From Obrimoposthia wandeli (lineage: Eukaryota), in contig CDROCS010003798.1 in the NCBI GenBank assembly GCA_977020255.1, positions 124,001 to 188,000 on the forward strand: a DNA stretch of 64,000 nt, in the 5' to 3' direction. The translations under genes and the position numbers were made by a program. This document shows, in pieces, positions 36,701-49,797 of the stretch (positions within the stretch are counted from its first letter, which is position 1; every line of letters begins with the position of its first letter). The notes beneath the pieces are model-generated. The model had not been told where the DNA came from and did not search any database. It worked only from the letters and a program-made list of their open reading frames with translations.

Positions 36701-39700
36701 ATTTTTAAATGGAAAATTATTTCCAACTAATTCATAAGCAAAAAAATTCTGTCTTCTATAATAACAGTAATAAATATGATCAGCAATAATTCTTCTTTTT
36801 TGTAGCAATTTAAAAAATTGGTCTTAGAAATTATATCAAATCTCTGTATGCTAACGAATTTTATATTCATTTTTCTGGTGTAAGTGACAGTATATAATCG
36901 TTAGAAGCAGTATTTCCTTCTGCATTATTGCCTACTTTGCAGGTAATTTTCCCTCCGCGAAGCTGAAAAAAATCGCTGTACGACTGTGGGCACTTCGAAT
37001 AAATAATTAAAATTTTACTCATGACAAGAATTATAATAAATAAAATTTTTAATGTTTTTGTGTGGAAATGACAGCTCGTTTCTTTGAAAGAAATGACGTA
37101 TATAAAGAGCCAAACTTATCTCTTTAACAACTGAACAAATCTTTGTGTCTACAGAAGCCTGAAATAAACAAACCTTGTCATTTGCGATCCCCTCTCTGGG
37201 CAGGATATGTTCTCTGTTCTCTTGAGTTGACCTGAACATTTGACACTCAATATCTAGCGAAAATGAAACTCACATTTGTGAAGGTGCTACAGCACTGAAT
37301 CTCTTATCAGGCTGCAATTTCCTGGGTGACCTTCTATCTTCTTGAAGCTGTAGGTGGTCTCGGTTTCCGGTCAACAGATTTAATCGGCGTCCGGACACAC
37401 AGTAGTTGAGCGGCATGCGGTTATCTACGGGCTGAGCCAGGAATTATTCTGCTAATCCACACTTATTATATTAATAATTATAAGAATAAAATAAAACTGG
37501 GTAAACTAAAGTAAATATATAGAGACAGAAAATTCTAAATTGTATAATTGAAGGATTATTTGTTGAAGGTTGCGTTATAATTAAGCGTTATAGTACTATT
37601 CCTGTTATAAGGAAAGAGGATTTGAATGAGCTATGAGAGAATAAAATCTCTCACAAAAACTGCGGTACACGAGTTATTGTTATTGCCATGCATTTCTTAA
37701 GTAATTCCCCGATCACTTTGTCAAGAAAGTAGGTATCACTTTATTTTGATTAGCCATAAAGACGACAATATTACTTGAAGCTCTTTTAAGAGAAGATAAC
37801 ACAAAATAGACGCTTTTATCAGACCTTATAAAACAATTTAAATACTCAAAAGCACCTTTAATTTGCAAAATTTGAGATAAGCACTTAACTTGAGTTTTAA
37901 TATAAAAATTATTAGATACGAGATTAAATTAATTAGTCACAGAGGCGTCACCAATATTTACAAAAGCAGATTCTGAAAGAAAATGACGTTTAAAAATTTT
38001 ATCAATGTATATGTGTAGCGAAATAATTCTTGTTTTTGATGGTTTTCTAATCATAGATGAGTTTAAATACATGATGCCTCTTTAAAATTCCGTCCTGTAC
38101 CGTTATTAAGAGCAAGTTCGTAACGTGTCTTTCTTATATTTTAACCTTTTTTACGTATTAATCATCTTCATTCTAATCATGGTGCATTTCGTTGTTTCTT
38201 TATTCCTTACAAACACCCTATTTAGATTTATCATACTTGACCTCTTCAACACTCACAGTCTTTTCATATTCTCCATAATCTGCTTCAACTTCTCTACAAA
38301 AGCCAGTTTGATAAAATCTCTTAGTAACAAAATGCGTTCTGCAGTTAAGCGTAACAGCATGATTATGAAATGATCGAATATAAAATCGATGCTCATTTGA
38401 TAAAAATAAAAAATATGGCTATAAAATTAAACTGTATCAATTATCTAGTCATTTTTATGCATTTTGGGGTTGAAGTTTCTCTGCAGGACTAATGTTAGAA
38501 GCGACTGAACGGGAATTCCGGATTCAGCTTATATCCAACCACTACGTGAGCTTTAAACACTCGGCCTCCCATAAGCCCGGAGTGCTGTGGCATACTTGTC
38601 GATTATAAATACAAGTTTCAATTAATTTTTTGAGATTATTTTCCAACATATTTTTCCATTAATATTTTCCGAATAATTCAATGCTGTATATACTAAAACC
38701 AATTATTAATGTTGAGCAATTTAAGCAGTAAGAGGGGCTCATATGACTGATTGGTGAATAGTCAGATTGGTCCGGTGTAAAGGAAACAAAGTGATTGCAG
38801 CTGTAGTGCGCTGTACGTGTCAGTGTCGTCTTGTGATCGACCTGAAGACCACCACGGTCGACCTTGTGCTTCTCTAGCTGTTTTCATTAGTTTGCGCTGC
38901 ACACAAGTGCCAATTGTGATTTCTGAAGACTCCTCCAAACAACTATTTAATCAGCAGTGCAGTTTCTGTTGTATGGTGTGAATCTTTGACGGCCTTCAAT
39001 CAAAATAATACACACTTTCGCTTTTACAACTTCGTTACAATGAGCTCACTCTTCACGGTTCCATGCATCTAACCTAACCAAAAGTATAGTCAGTTTCTTT
39101 ACCGTTTGGGTCTATAAATTCACCGTCCAATAGAATTATATGTGTGACAAATTACCCCAAAATATTACAACAGTTGATCACGAATTGATTTGGTAAAAAA
39201 ATTTAAAATCATACGAAAAATGATTCAAATAGATTCTAAAACTTTTTGTAATGAATTTCGTTTTATTTATGATTAATTGATCAATTTAAAATTTAATTAT
39301 ATTCAAACCAGTTTAATTTTGTTGGTATTCGTTTTTTTAAGTAATTTTTAAGTAAACTTTAATTTATAATTTTAATTTTAATTTATTAGTCAAAATATCA
39401 AAATAAAATTAGCTGAATAATAATGAAAAAGAATTCAAATGTTGATTGAGTATGTTTTGACAGTTTTGTTTTGTCGTGTTTAAGCCAGAGAAAAATTACA
39501 TAATATCAATATCAAACTTTTATTGAACAAATATAATATAAGAAATCGATTTCGTTAGAATTTTGAGATATTGCCGGTCAGAAAATACATTTTATACACA
39601 AAATAATGATTTGGCAAGGAATTATTAGGTATGATGAGTTATGAAAACATGAAATGCTTGTATTGATTTCGAATAGATTAGTTTGCGCTGCACACAAGTG

Positions 39701-42700
39701 CCAATTGTGATTTTTAGAAAGATTCAAGTATTAATAAAGCTTCTGTAGATAATCTGTATTGGTAATATCATATTCGATAATAACCTCGTCAGTATCTACC
39801 TCCAAAAAACGTAATTTCATTGTAGGGAAAAATTGTACTGTTTTTTGAACATCGTATAATTACAACATACACAAACCATTTTTTAGATCTTACTAGAAAA
39901 TTTATTTGGAATATAGATATTTTGAATGTTTCCATACGTACTGTATAGTGTAAGTGTATTTAAGGAATGGTGAGAGGTCTACTACGAATCAACTCTTTGT
40001 AGATAAATCCCCAATACTCACATCCAACGTTTTCTTGTAGATCCGGAAGCTGTTCTTGGTACGCTGGGCCTCGATAAACCGATGTCGCTGCAAGCTGCTG
40101 TTGCTACTGGCAACGGTCCCGAATGGCAAGGTCGTCTGTGGGGAATCTCCACCCAGAGAGTGAGAGAAATCCTCGTTGCTATTGTTATTAAAATTAAATG
40201 TTTTATAGAACAATTTTGTAATTTTATAAATTTTATATCAGAAAAGTGACTAAGAATTTGGTATGGATCAAAACTATAAACGGTTTAATATTATATGAAC
40301 CGATTTTCATATTTTCAAACATTTAGTCATTTTTGGATGGAAATTTGATAACATTGTTAGTAAAACTGTAGTGGTAAGGAACTTTTTGGGGCTAGAAATA
40401 AAAAGCAGCTTTGAATCTCTTACAAAATGTTGGAAAAATTGTTCATACTCAGAAGCGTCTTATCAAGATCAATAATTGTTTTGTTAGGTTTGAGAATTAA
40501 GAAATTTAAATATTTTAGTCGATTAAATACTAAAATAAAAATCCTTGAAAGCAAGGTTGAAAATTAAATTAAATATTAATTTTAGTTTTAGAATTGAAAT
40601 TAGTGGAATTTAGGGTAAAAATTAGGAGGACCACGAAGGTCGTGTATAATGTGAAATGTATAAAAGTTAAATTAATTAACACAAAAAGCGAACAATTTAG
40701 AAAATTAATTAAGAAAAAGGATCAATTAGAGACGTCAATCAAGAGACGTCAATCAGAAAGGTAAGCACATTTTAAGTGCAATAAGGTTCATTAATTTTGT
40801 GAATTTCCCTGCAAAGAAATCAGCTGTCGAGTGATTGACAGATTTGCCTCCTGAATTCCCTCGCATACTCCGCTAGCTGTCGATTGATTACTGACAGAGT
40901 TGCTCTCCTTTTTGCTCTATAAGACAGTTCCCCATTACGAGAAACCACAAAAATACGGAATCAAATACGGAATCAACTACAGAGTCGACTGGACCACAAA
41001 TCGGTAAGTAGTGATCAAGAATTGGAGAGAGTTAAAATTATTTAGATCAATTTATTGCCGACAAGACGATTTGAAAAGAATATAAATTTATTGCTGATAA
41101 GCCGATTTGAAAAGAATATAAATTTATTAAATTTATTGCTGATAAGCCGATTTGAAAAGAATATCAATTTATTAAAGTTATTGCTGACAAGACGATTTGA
41201 AAAGAATATCAATTTATTAAAGTTATTGCTGACAAGACGATTTGAAAAGAATATCAATTTATTAAAGTTATTGCTGACAAGACGATTTGAAAAGAATATC
41301 AATTTATTAAATTTATTGCTGACAAGACGATTTGAAAAGAATATAAATTTATTAAATTTATTGCTGATAAGCCGATTTGAAAAGAATATCAATTTATTAA
41401 AGTTATTGCTGACAAGACGATTGAAAAGAATATCAATTTATTAAAGTTATTGCTGACAAGACGATTTGAAAAGAATATCAAATTATTAAAGTTATTGCTG
41501 ACAAGACGATTTGAAAAAAATATCAATTTATTAAATTTATTGCTGACAAGACGATTTGAACAGAATATCAATTTAAGACGATTTGAAAAGAACCTCAATT
41601 TATTGTTGAAAGACGATCCCACAAGTTCGTCAAACTACCTACGGACCCTTGCATCGGACATCCCAGTAATTAGTCGCAGTATTTGGTAAGCCAACCGACT
41701 AGGAGCATTCATTGCCCCTTTAGTTGGCAATTAGGATACCTTATTACCTCCTGTTGGTAATGACCTAGTAAACAAATTCATTGTCCCTAGCTGGCACTAG
41801 GATAGCTGACCTTTAACCAATCATTGTCCCTAGTTGCACCACCATCTTATTCATTGTCCCCAGCGACAATTAGGAATTATACCAGACTTTTTGCCTGTAA
41901 GATTCATTGTCCCTAGCTGACAATTCGGTTCATTCATTGTCCCTAGTTGACAATTGACAGTCACTTCATTATTCCTTAGTTGACAATTCGAAGATCATTG
42001 TCCCTAGCTGACACCTGGTTCGTTCATTGTCCGTAGTTGACAATTAGAGTAAGTTTTCATTGTCATCTTTGACAATTAGGTTTTTAGGAGCATCTTAATG
42101 TTCACAGTGGACAATTCGGGGTCAAACACACAGCAACAGAGTTATGAATCAAGAAACTTTATCTAGAGATAAGAAGTAGAGCGAAGAAAATTAAGAGAGT
42201 TGCGTTATAGATTAACCAACCTAAGTAAGAAGAATAACCCTAAAAACTTATTCACCTGAACGTAAAATCGATACGTGGTTCATCCCCACTTCTTGTAGAG
42301 ACTTACAGAAGTCCTAGGAATTTTGTCATACTTTTTAGAAATACGTACATAAACGTATTGTTGTGTTAGTTACGTGAATTACAAATAAACAATTTCCTAC
42401 ATTAGAACAAGTTGTTTTTGCACCCTTCAGAATAAGAGACACCAAATCAAATACCTTCAGATAGTACAAGAGATTAGGCAACCATAATACTAAGTAGGCC
42501 ACGACCAACTTTAAGACCTGCTTCTAATCGAACTCACGTTGGGGCCCTCCGCATTCAAGAGGATCTGTACCAAGTTTCGTATAGAAACCCCAACAGTTTC
42601 AATAAAACTGTGTTTTTATTTTGTATTTTTATTTATTAAAAACTGACATTAGTTATAGAACATTTATTTCATTGCCTAAATAAGTAATCGGTTGAAATGT

Positions 42701-45700
42701 AAACAAATAGAATACGTATATTTTGACACAGTAAACTATTAAAAAAAGTAACCCTAAAAGTTAGATAAAAATCCGTGGAAATATTCAAAATCTATTTTTA
42801 CGGAAAAAGTGAAACAAAGCATAATTCATTAGGTTTCTGAAACAAAAGCACAGATAGTAAATAAATTGAGCTTTATTATCCAATTTATCCATACAATATG
42901 TTTGTTGAAGTTATTTTCTTCGTTATTTCGACACTGCGGTTCACCTTTTTGAATGTTGTTTATTATACTTTTACTTAAAATAAAAAAACCAGCAAATACT
43001 ATGAAATAAATGGCAAATTTTTGAAAGGTTCAATTTAGAGCAAAATTACAACAACAAAAACAACTTTAGAATTGTATAAATTAATTCAATCTTAAAATTA
43101 ATTAATCTGGTCTTTTGTTTAAGTAAGCTAATTTTCTGATTTCCTGAATTCAAATGAAATTGCGACTATTTTAATTACAGGGATTAATGGATATTCGAGG
43201 AAACATAAATCATAGGAAGTAGAAAAGTGTAGCAGCGAATATTTGCTCTAGCTCGATTCGTAATTAGGATTTGAGAATTAGTTTTTTTTACTCAAAGACA
43301 ATTAGGAGTAAAATAAAATCAAAAAATGATTGTCTTCCCAATGAAAAAACACTTAACTGATTTGAAAATTAATTTAATTAATTATTATTTAACGGAAATT
43401 CTTGTGCTCATTAACTAGGATAGTTGAGGCGCACCAGGGTTGCAATAATATAAAAGATTTTTAATATATTTTCTATTATGGAACTTTAATGGAAATTTTA
43501 TGTTAAAAAATCATGTTAAATGATTTTTTAATATTTAACATTTAATTTTATTAGAAACGTTATTTTTTATTTAAATTGTACGTATAAAAAATGACCATGA
43601 AATATTTATTTTTGGTTAACCTTAATATTATTTTTACCTCTACTAGTGAACTGATTACATTTTGTGTAGGTCAGGAGTTTCCAAAATAAGTTCCGTAGAC
43701 AAAATCAGGCCGAAATTTAATAAAAAATAAACTTACAAAACTGGGCATTAGCGTTTCTCGCCTTTACCTACCAGGTCATAGGCCCACTATAATTACTTAA
43801 TAAATACTTCATTAGTTTAACTTTGAATTGTTTATTCATTTTTCAATATAAATAAGTTTTATTTTTATTCTTCACTTGAGGGTTTTAAGTATTTATAAAT
43901 AGGTAAGAGTTCCAATATTTTATAAATAATACCAAAGAGTTGCGGCCAAAATTGATTGGGAACTCCTGGTGAAGGCCAATTTTATTTGTAATATAACATT
44001 TAACATTATTATGTGTATCTTAGATTGCTCAGCAACCCAGCCTGGATAAATCATGAGCTGTATTGACAAATATACTGGTGGTGAGACAGGAAAATTGAAG
44101 ATATTTGCATTCGCACAGTCAAAACGAAAACTATGACGAACTAAGCTGTAATTTTTGATTGACACTTTGTGTTATCTGTCCGTATCAAGGAAATGTAACA
44201 ATCACCGTCTGGTGACTCCAGTTTCTCGACTACTGAGGTCTACAAAATGTTAATGGCCATTTAAGACAATCAACAAATTAATTATGAAACGAATGAAATA
44301 TCACATGATCCGAAATTACTTCTATCAATACTTCCTGTTGATCAAAAAATTTCAGTTACCACTCAGTTTCTAATTTTCCATGAAGTGTTGTTAATGAAAT
44401 GTAGATACAGAATATTCAGAAACTTTTCAGATGATGTATTGCATGATGAATCTGCCTTTTGGAAGATGCTAGTTATATTTAATCCTCCTAAAATGTATCA
44501 TACTTCGGGTAATAACTGCAGTTCTTCCAAAAATATCTCTCGACAACTGAAGACTCAAAGCCCCCCCCCCTTTGTTCCTTTGAGTTAGTACCGACACTAT
44601 ATACTACTCAAACCATATGAAATTGGAGTTCCTGACATATCGGACTTCAGATCTATTAACCATTACTATATTCTTACCTATAGAGATTTGGGAACTAGAA
44701 AGAATAAGCAATCCAATTTTAAGTGGTGTTGCTTCGAGAATTTTATCTGTTCCAGTGGACTCATTTGGTGTTGAAAGAATATTCTCCAAGTTTAAATGCA
44801 TGAAAAATTACAGGGAACAAGATTATCGATGTCATCACCGACACATTGATTAGAGCATTTACCAACAAAATACATGACACAACTTTTATTGTGATAAAGA
44901 AATTAGTGTATACATCATTTTATTGGAAAGTAGTTTTGCATAATCAATGAGTTTAAAATTGTATGAATTATCACTGAAAATATTTAAGCCGGGTTTTAAA
45001 AACAACTGATTTATAATCTGATTTATACCCGATTTGATTTTTAGAAATAATCCCCTATAATTTCTCGGGAAAAGCAAATTAAACTGACGATGCTCACCTG
45101 TCAAAATCTGTTTACTAGACTACCTCTGCAATTTCTTGATAGAATTTCCATGTCGAAAAGCTTTTACTCGTTGAATTAGCTTGAGTATATTTAACTTTAT
45201 ATAGGATACGATGGAACTTTTAAATAGATTGTCATTTATTAATTTTGAAAAGGAAAATTATTTTTTAAATTATTTATAAACAGTGTATAAAATTATATCG
45301 TATGTTTTTGAACATTGCATTCCAGTAGTTCATCTAGAAGAAATAACCTATGTGGTAACATTTTCCCAACACATTAACGAATTTTGATATTATTTTCAAA
45401 TGAAAATTGCACATTGTTAACCCTCAGCCTGCCAACGTGTGATTTTAAAAATCACACTTCATATTATTTACAATTACTTGATAAGTTGAACTACGAATTG
45501 TATATCCATACATTACTTTGCCTAATTATGTGTGTTGACTACAATCGTGTAATGAAAATAAATTATAAGCAGTTGACTGACTGAGACAGATATTTTTCAA
45601 GCTTTGGTACAACAACTCTTCTTCTTACTGAACATAATACGACTTATTTTGGAACACTAATGTGTAATAAAAGGGACATCCCACCGATTATCCATCAACG

Positions 45701-48700
45701 AATGGATTTGTACCTGTCTTCTGCTTTAGGCTGGGAGGGCCAGCCAAGAGAGTGACCCCTATGTAGTTATCAAGCAAAGACTAAAAAAGGTTAATATGAT
45801 TTACCAATGCACCATGATGATTCAATTGGTGATGAGAGTGTGAAGAAAAAACCAGTAATTATAACTGACTATAACGCTACAAAAGCAGGTGTTGATTCGG
45901 TCGACCAAATGATCAAACAATACACCACTAGGTTCAAGACACGAAGATGGACAGTTGTGCACTTCCAAAATTGGCTCGATGTTGCAGGCGTAAATAGCCT
46001 AACCTGTGTCATCCAAATTGGACAATAATAAATCAAGAACTCCTCACCGAAGACTATTTCCTGAAGACTTTAGCGAAAGAGCTAACACAGCATACATGAA
46101 AACGCGCATAGCAGCAAATCGGGGTTTACAACGTCCATTGATCCAAATGATCGAAAATTATGTTGGTCCGATGATTGGTCCCAATATTGGTGGGGACGCT
46201 GTCGATCAAGCACCTGCAGGTCATGAAAAATGACGATGTTCGCTTTGTAAAGCAACAGGGAAAATGCAGCGTTTATGCAACCTAACAAAAATGACATGCC
46301 AGGTGTGTGACTTGCCAGTCTGTGGTAAGCACTATGAAGTGGCAGGTGTAATCTGTCTGAATTGTAACTGAACTTTAATCTACTTCTTTATTATATTTTG
46401 GACTTCAATTCTATTACTTGGACTTTATTTCTCTAACATTTTTATAAAGTGCATTTTTCGTGTTTTAAAATAAAGTGCATCTATGCATTTTTAGTTTATT
46501 TTTTATTTTATTATAGCCCTTTTCACACTTGTTCATGAATTTAACTGACTAAAACAATGAAAAATACATAAATTAAGGTGTGATTCTTAAAATCACACGT
46601 TGGCTTGAATAGGTTATGTCAAACGTTGGCAGGCTGAGGGTTAATAACGTGTTTGTTTTAATTTCTATTTAATTTTTATCAAAGTGAAAGCCAAAACATT
46701 AAAAGGAACATTATTAACAATAAATACCCCTGATCATGTTAATGTGACTTACTACCTTTTTGTTATTTTTAAACATTAAACTATTGGCCAAAATAAGCCT
46801 TTTCATAATTGTCCAGATTTACGTATATGTCATCCTTGCAATTCCTACCCGATTCAGCATGTGTTCTCAATCAACTTGGGTTTTGCATGATAAATACGGC
46901 ACTTTGAAACATCAGGTGGCGAACAATTTATAGCCGGATAGAAAACGTCGTCCTTACCTGTTTATTTGCATTTAATATTTCCAAATGGTAAAAATGCGCT
47001 ACTGATATTTCGTATTTATATTTAGATATTTGTGAGTATGCCTCGCTTCCACCGATGATTTTGTGCGATCTGCCGCTGACAACGGATTTAATTTCGGCGT
47101 CGAGGTGTATTAACTATCTTTACACAGTTACATTTAATTATTAAGTGTATCATGTGGTTTTTCTGATTTTTATTTTTTAAATTTAAATTATAACATAACG
47201 AATATTTCCACTACGTCCAATTTTTTAGCTGTGTTCTTTATCGAAATATTCACCACCCAGAACTTTCAGTTCATGTAACTGTGGATTGACTAACTTTGTA
47301 TGGGTGTTTACAATATCAGGATATCTGCAATGTATTGGAACTTTCGATAACGGTCTTCTGCGAGATTCGTCCTCAGACATCTCTCGAGTACTTCGCCGAA
47401 TTCTGCACGGTTCTTACTGAAAGTGAAATGTTGGGGAATGCAACCAACAACGAGCGGTGGATTGAGGATGGATTATCAACGTTTTGAAACTGCATATATG
47501 TATGATAATGCCATTTTAGTTGGTTCTGTGTGTACCACACAGCAGCGATACAGCGGACTCACTTGATGGATTTAGGGGCCTCGGTGGGTACCAAGGTAAA
47601 CCTCTTTCCGTGCAGTAGTACCGGTCTGCTGATGGGTCTTGAGGGACCTAGCAAGCTGCTACTGCTGCAATATATGGTGGGGTGGCTGGTACCGGGCTTC
47701 AAGCCGGCAAATGGGTCTCCATTGCTCCCAGAACCCGACAGAGGGAAGTGTTTTACCTTGGAGGTAGAGCTGGGAACAAGGTAATTGAGAAATTGTCAGA
47801 CAGTTAAATGTACAGTGGAGTTTACGAGATCTGAGCCCTTGGTATCGCGCAAAAAGGCGTTCAAATTACAGAGATTTAAGGATTTTATATTTTGATTTTA
47901 TATAGGGTTTGATAGGATTCAGATTGACAAGTCTCACTCCATTAGGGGGTTTACAACATATATGTAGAGGTAAGAGAGCCAGGCCGGAAATAAGGAAAAT
48001 TAAACTGTAATCCATTATAACAAATTGTTTGCGCAAAGTAAATAACTTTTAAACAAATTCAGCTCATTTCCAGTGAATTTAGTGAAGGAAATTTAATTTG
48101 TACGACTCTGAGAATTGAAAACTCACAACAACTATCGGTGAAACTCTTAGCTACGGCTAGAAATAAAGAGTCGGAATATTTGAAGTTTTCTATATAAAGT
48201 TATGTACAAAATTGACTTAATTTATTAAAAGAATTGCAAGAATATAAAGACTTTCAAATAATGTTGGAGATTTTCCTATTAAACAAGTAAGATGGAGAGT
48301 CCTAGCTACAATAAACTGCGTGCCATGAAGTACCAGTCTCAGAGGTCCTGTAAATAATGTCTGGTGCACCTTCCAGAAAGTTTATGCACGATAAAATTCC
48401 ATAAGAGTAACATTACAAGAACCCCAAAATTCTGTCAGTTTTTGGTGATTATTTCTGTCGTTGGCATTCTAAAAAGTCGATTTGAATTATCTTAATTAAA
48501 GACGTATAAACTATCTTTAGAATGGCATGAAATTAAGAAAATTCGCTTCACGAATAGGGCAGTTAAATGACGTAGTGAATAACACAACATCTTTGTAAGC
48601 CGGGATTCAAAGATGAAACATTTCAGTGAGCTGTAAGATCCCAATTAAGCTGAATATGAGGTTACAATTTGTGATTGATGATTGGCCACCATTTACAAAG

Positions 48701-49797
48701 TTTCATTTGTATATATTAATTTCTTCCGGAGATATTTTCACACAAAGTGCGACCGACCAGGATTTCACCATTTCGGCACCTAAATATAGAAATAACGAAA
48801 AGTGCAAATTGATAACTTTCACCACATATCGAAAAAGGGTCATCATAAACCTCTAAGTTCAGAATATTGGGGAAACAAAATTTTATTAAAGGACTTCAAA
48901 AGCTATAGGTCATTAAATTATGTCTTCTTTGCAATTCTTTGTTGAATATGTTGGCTAGGATTTCATATGGGGAATTTACTGGAGGTACTTAGAACCCTGT
49001 GTCCGTACAATAAGTGTCCCAAAGGTGGCTTTCAAGGTACCAAAATGAAGCTTAGTATCACAACTGGCTTGGCGCGGTTTTGCAGTTTTTGTCGAGGATT
49101 GCTCGAGCCGGAAATTGAAATTTCGATATTAATCCTGGCCCTTTCCACTTAGTTTGTAAACACCTCCGAAAGCCATTAATGCATGTGAATGAAACTTCTC
49201 GAGCACAAGACAGGCATCGATGACACTGGATATTAAACAGGATAGTATATCTCCGTGCAAGAATCTTTCTGAATTCCGGCTGGAAAAAATGATGTTGAAT
49301 AACTTTGTGAAATTTTATACAAAAATTAAAAAGGTAATTTGAACTACTTCTGACGAAACAGAGGGAAACTTGACAGTTAAACATAACCTTGAACTAAGAA
49401 AACGAAATTATTGACAAAATTTCATCCCCTTCGAACTTTGTGAAGTTACTAACCTGATCGTGAGATGGCGGGGAAAGGAACACTCACCAAAACGCCATCG
49501 TAGTGTGTGAACGCATTTTCGTATAATCTTCACAAAAGGTTCGGCTTTTGAGAGACACAAAACCGGCATCAGAATCCTCGTAGTCGTTGCCCGTATTGCT
49601 GAGACTAAATTCCGGACTCTTCGTGGGTTTCCGGAGAGTGGGTTTGCCATAGAATCGTCTAGAGTGACTCAGTTGTCGAACTGGAAACATATTTGGCAAG
49701 TTCGAGGAATTACAGTTGATAGGCGAATTCCAAACTGGGTTGATAACACGCTTTTGGTAGAGATCCAGGGACAAATTCATTTCAGCGGCTATTTTAG
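21783..49797 (-). CDS. Upstream exons of a long unidentified host gene (candidates 49797-49488, 47769-47563, 40178-40022, 37431-37274, 37231-~37170, ~35735-35559, 27417-27314, ~26856-26771, 22277-22137, ~21950-21795)
   Basis: GC-richer islands with AG acceptors and GTGAGT/GTAAGA donors. Phases chain correctly for 47563>40178, 40022>37431, 37274>37231 and 35559>27417. Could be more than one gene; product not recognised. Confidence 0.5.
22717..23357 (+). mobile_element. Possible 3' pol tail plus LTR remnant of an LTR retrotransposon
   Basis: RTRTSDKPDRSATY resembles RSTR..KPPDR pol tails; followed by a TG...AATAAA...CA block (23010-23357) with repeated CCTGAACACGG. No TSD found. Confidence 0.3.
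25235..25304 (-). pseudogene. Degenerate tRNA-like sequence (TAC at the anticodon position) or tRNA-derived SINE head
   Basis: GCCGCGA/TTGCGGT acceptor stem and GTTCAGTGGTAGGAT D-arm are present; anticodon stem and T-loop are damaged. Confidence 0.45.
29560..30130 (+). mobile_element. Highly decayed Tc1/Tc3-like transposase relic
   Basis: VNFSDKKLSKLNGPDN at about 29929-29977 resembles Tc3 IFSDEKKFNLDGPD. Confidence 0.35.
31490..32110 (-). mobile_element. Tc1-like (DD34E) transposase relic
   Basis: GGIVMVWGAI, FQQDDSPVHSA, SPDLNSLENVW motifs in order, with frameshifts. Confidence 0.8.
32307..32480 (+). repeat. Inverted copy of hAT transposase segment 33733-33908, flanked by a 47-bp direct duplication
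   Basis: Near-identical reverse complement; flanks 32256-32302 and 32480-32526 differ at one base. Confidence 0.85.
33600..34260 (-). mobile_element. hAT (Charlie/ZBED5-SCAND3-like) transposase relic
   Basis: PHC..FSNEAMKP and RALEASCKVVRLVAKTEKPYTISESLI match the Charlie-type N-terminal region. Confidence 0.7.
41050..41600. repeat. 45-bp tandem repeat (TTATTGCTGACAAGACGATTTGAAAAGAATATCAATTTATTAAAG), about 12 copies
   Basis: Directly visible; explains the repetitive ORFs on both strands. Confidence 0.93.
41708..42085. repeat. About 10 copies of the palindromic repeat TTCATTGTCCCTAGTTGACAATT separated by variable spacers
   Basis: Copies near 41708, 41779, 41820, 41850, 41903, 41933, 41965, 41996, 42024, 42057. 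Confidence 0.85.
43672..43968. mobile_element. hAT MITE, copy 2
   Basis: TIRs CAGGAGTTTCCAAA / TTGGGAACTCCTG; degenerate TSD GTGTAGGT/GTGAAGGC. Confidence 0.75.
44390..44860 (+). mobile_element. hAT transposase C-terminal dimerisation-domain relic
   Basis: PILSGVASRILSVPVDSFGVERIFS motif. Confidence 0.7.
45421..46640 (+). mobile_element. Non-autonomous piggyBac deletion derivative, 1220 bp
   Basis: TTAA on both sides, perfect 18-bp TIR CCCTCAGCCTGCCAACGT, internal KKPVIITDYNATKAGVDSVDQM..Y...KTRRW and Cys-rich tail CSLC..CQVC..VCGKH..CLNC. Confidence 0.93.

Larger units (their letters stand above)
40650..42600. mobile_element. LTR-like or unknown repeat unit containing two internal tandem arrays; boundaries uncertain
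   Basis: Distinct composition block starting at TG (40650) with two arrays; no TSD or coding domain found. Confidence 0.3.

Noticed and set aside
41708-42085. True CRISPR array
   Set aside because: Eukaryotic context, no cas genes, irregular short spacers, degenerate repeats.
38520-44060. tRNA-derived SINE heads near 38560 and 44035 (GGCCGAGTG/GCTGAGCAATCTAAG)
   Set aside because: Only a D-arm-like A-box is recognisable; too little to call.
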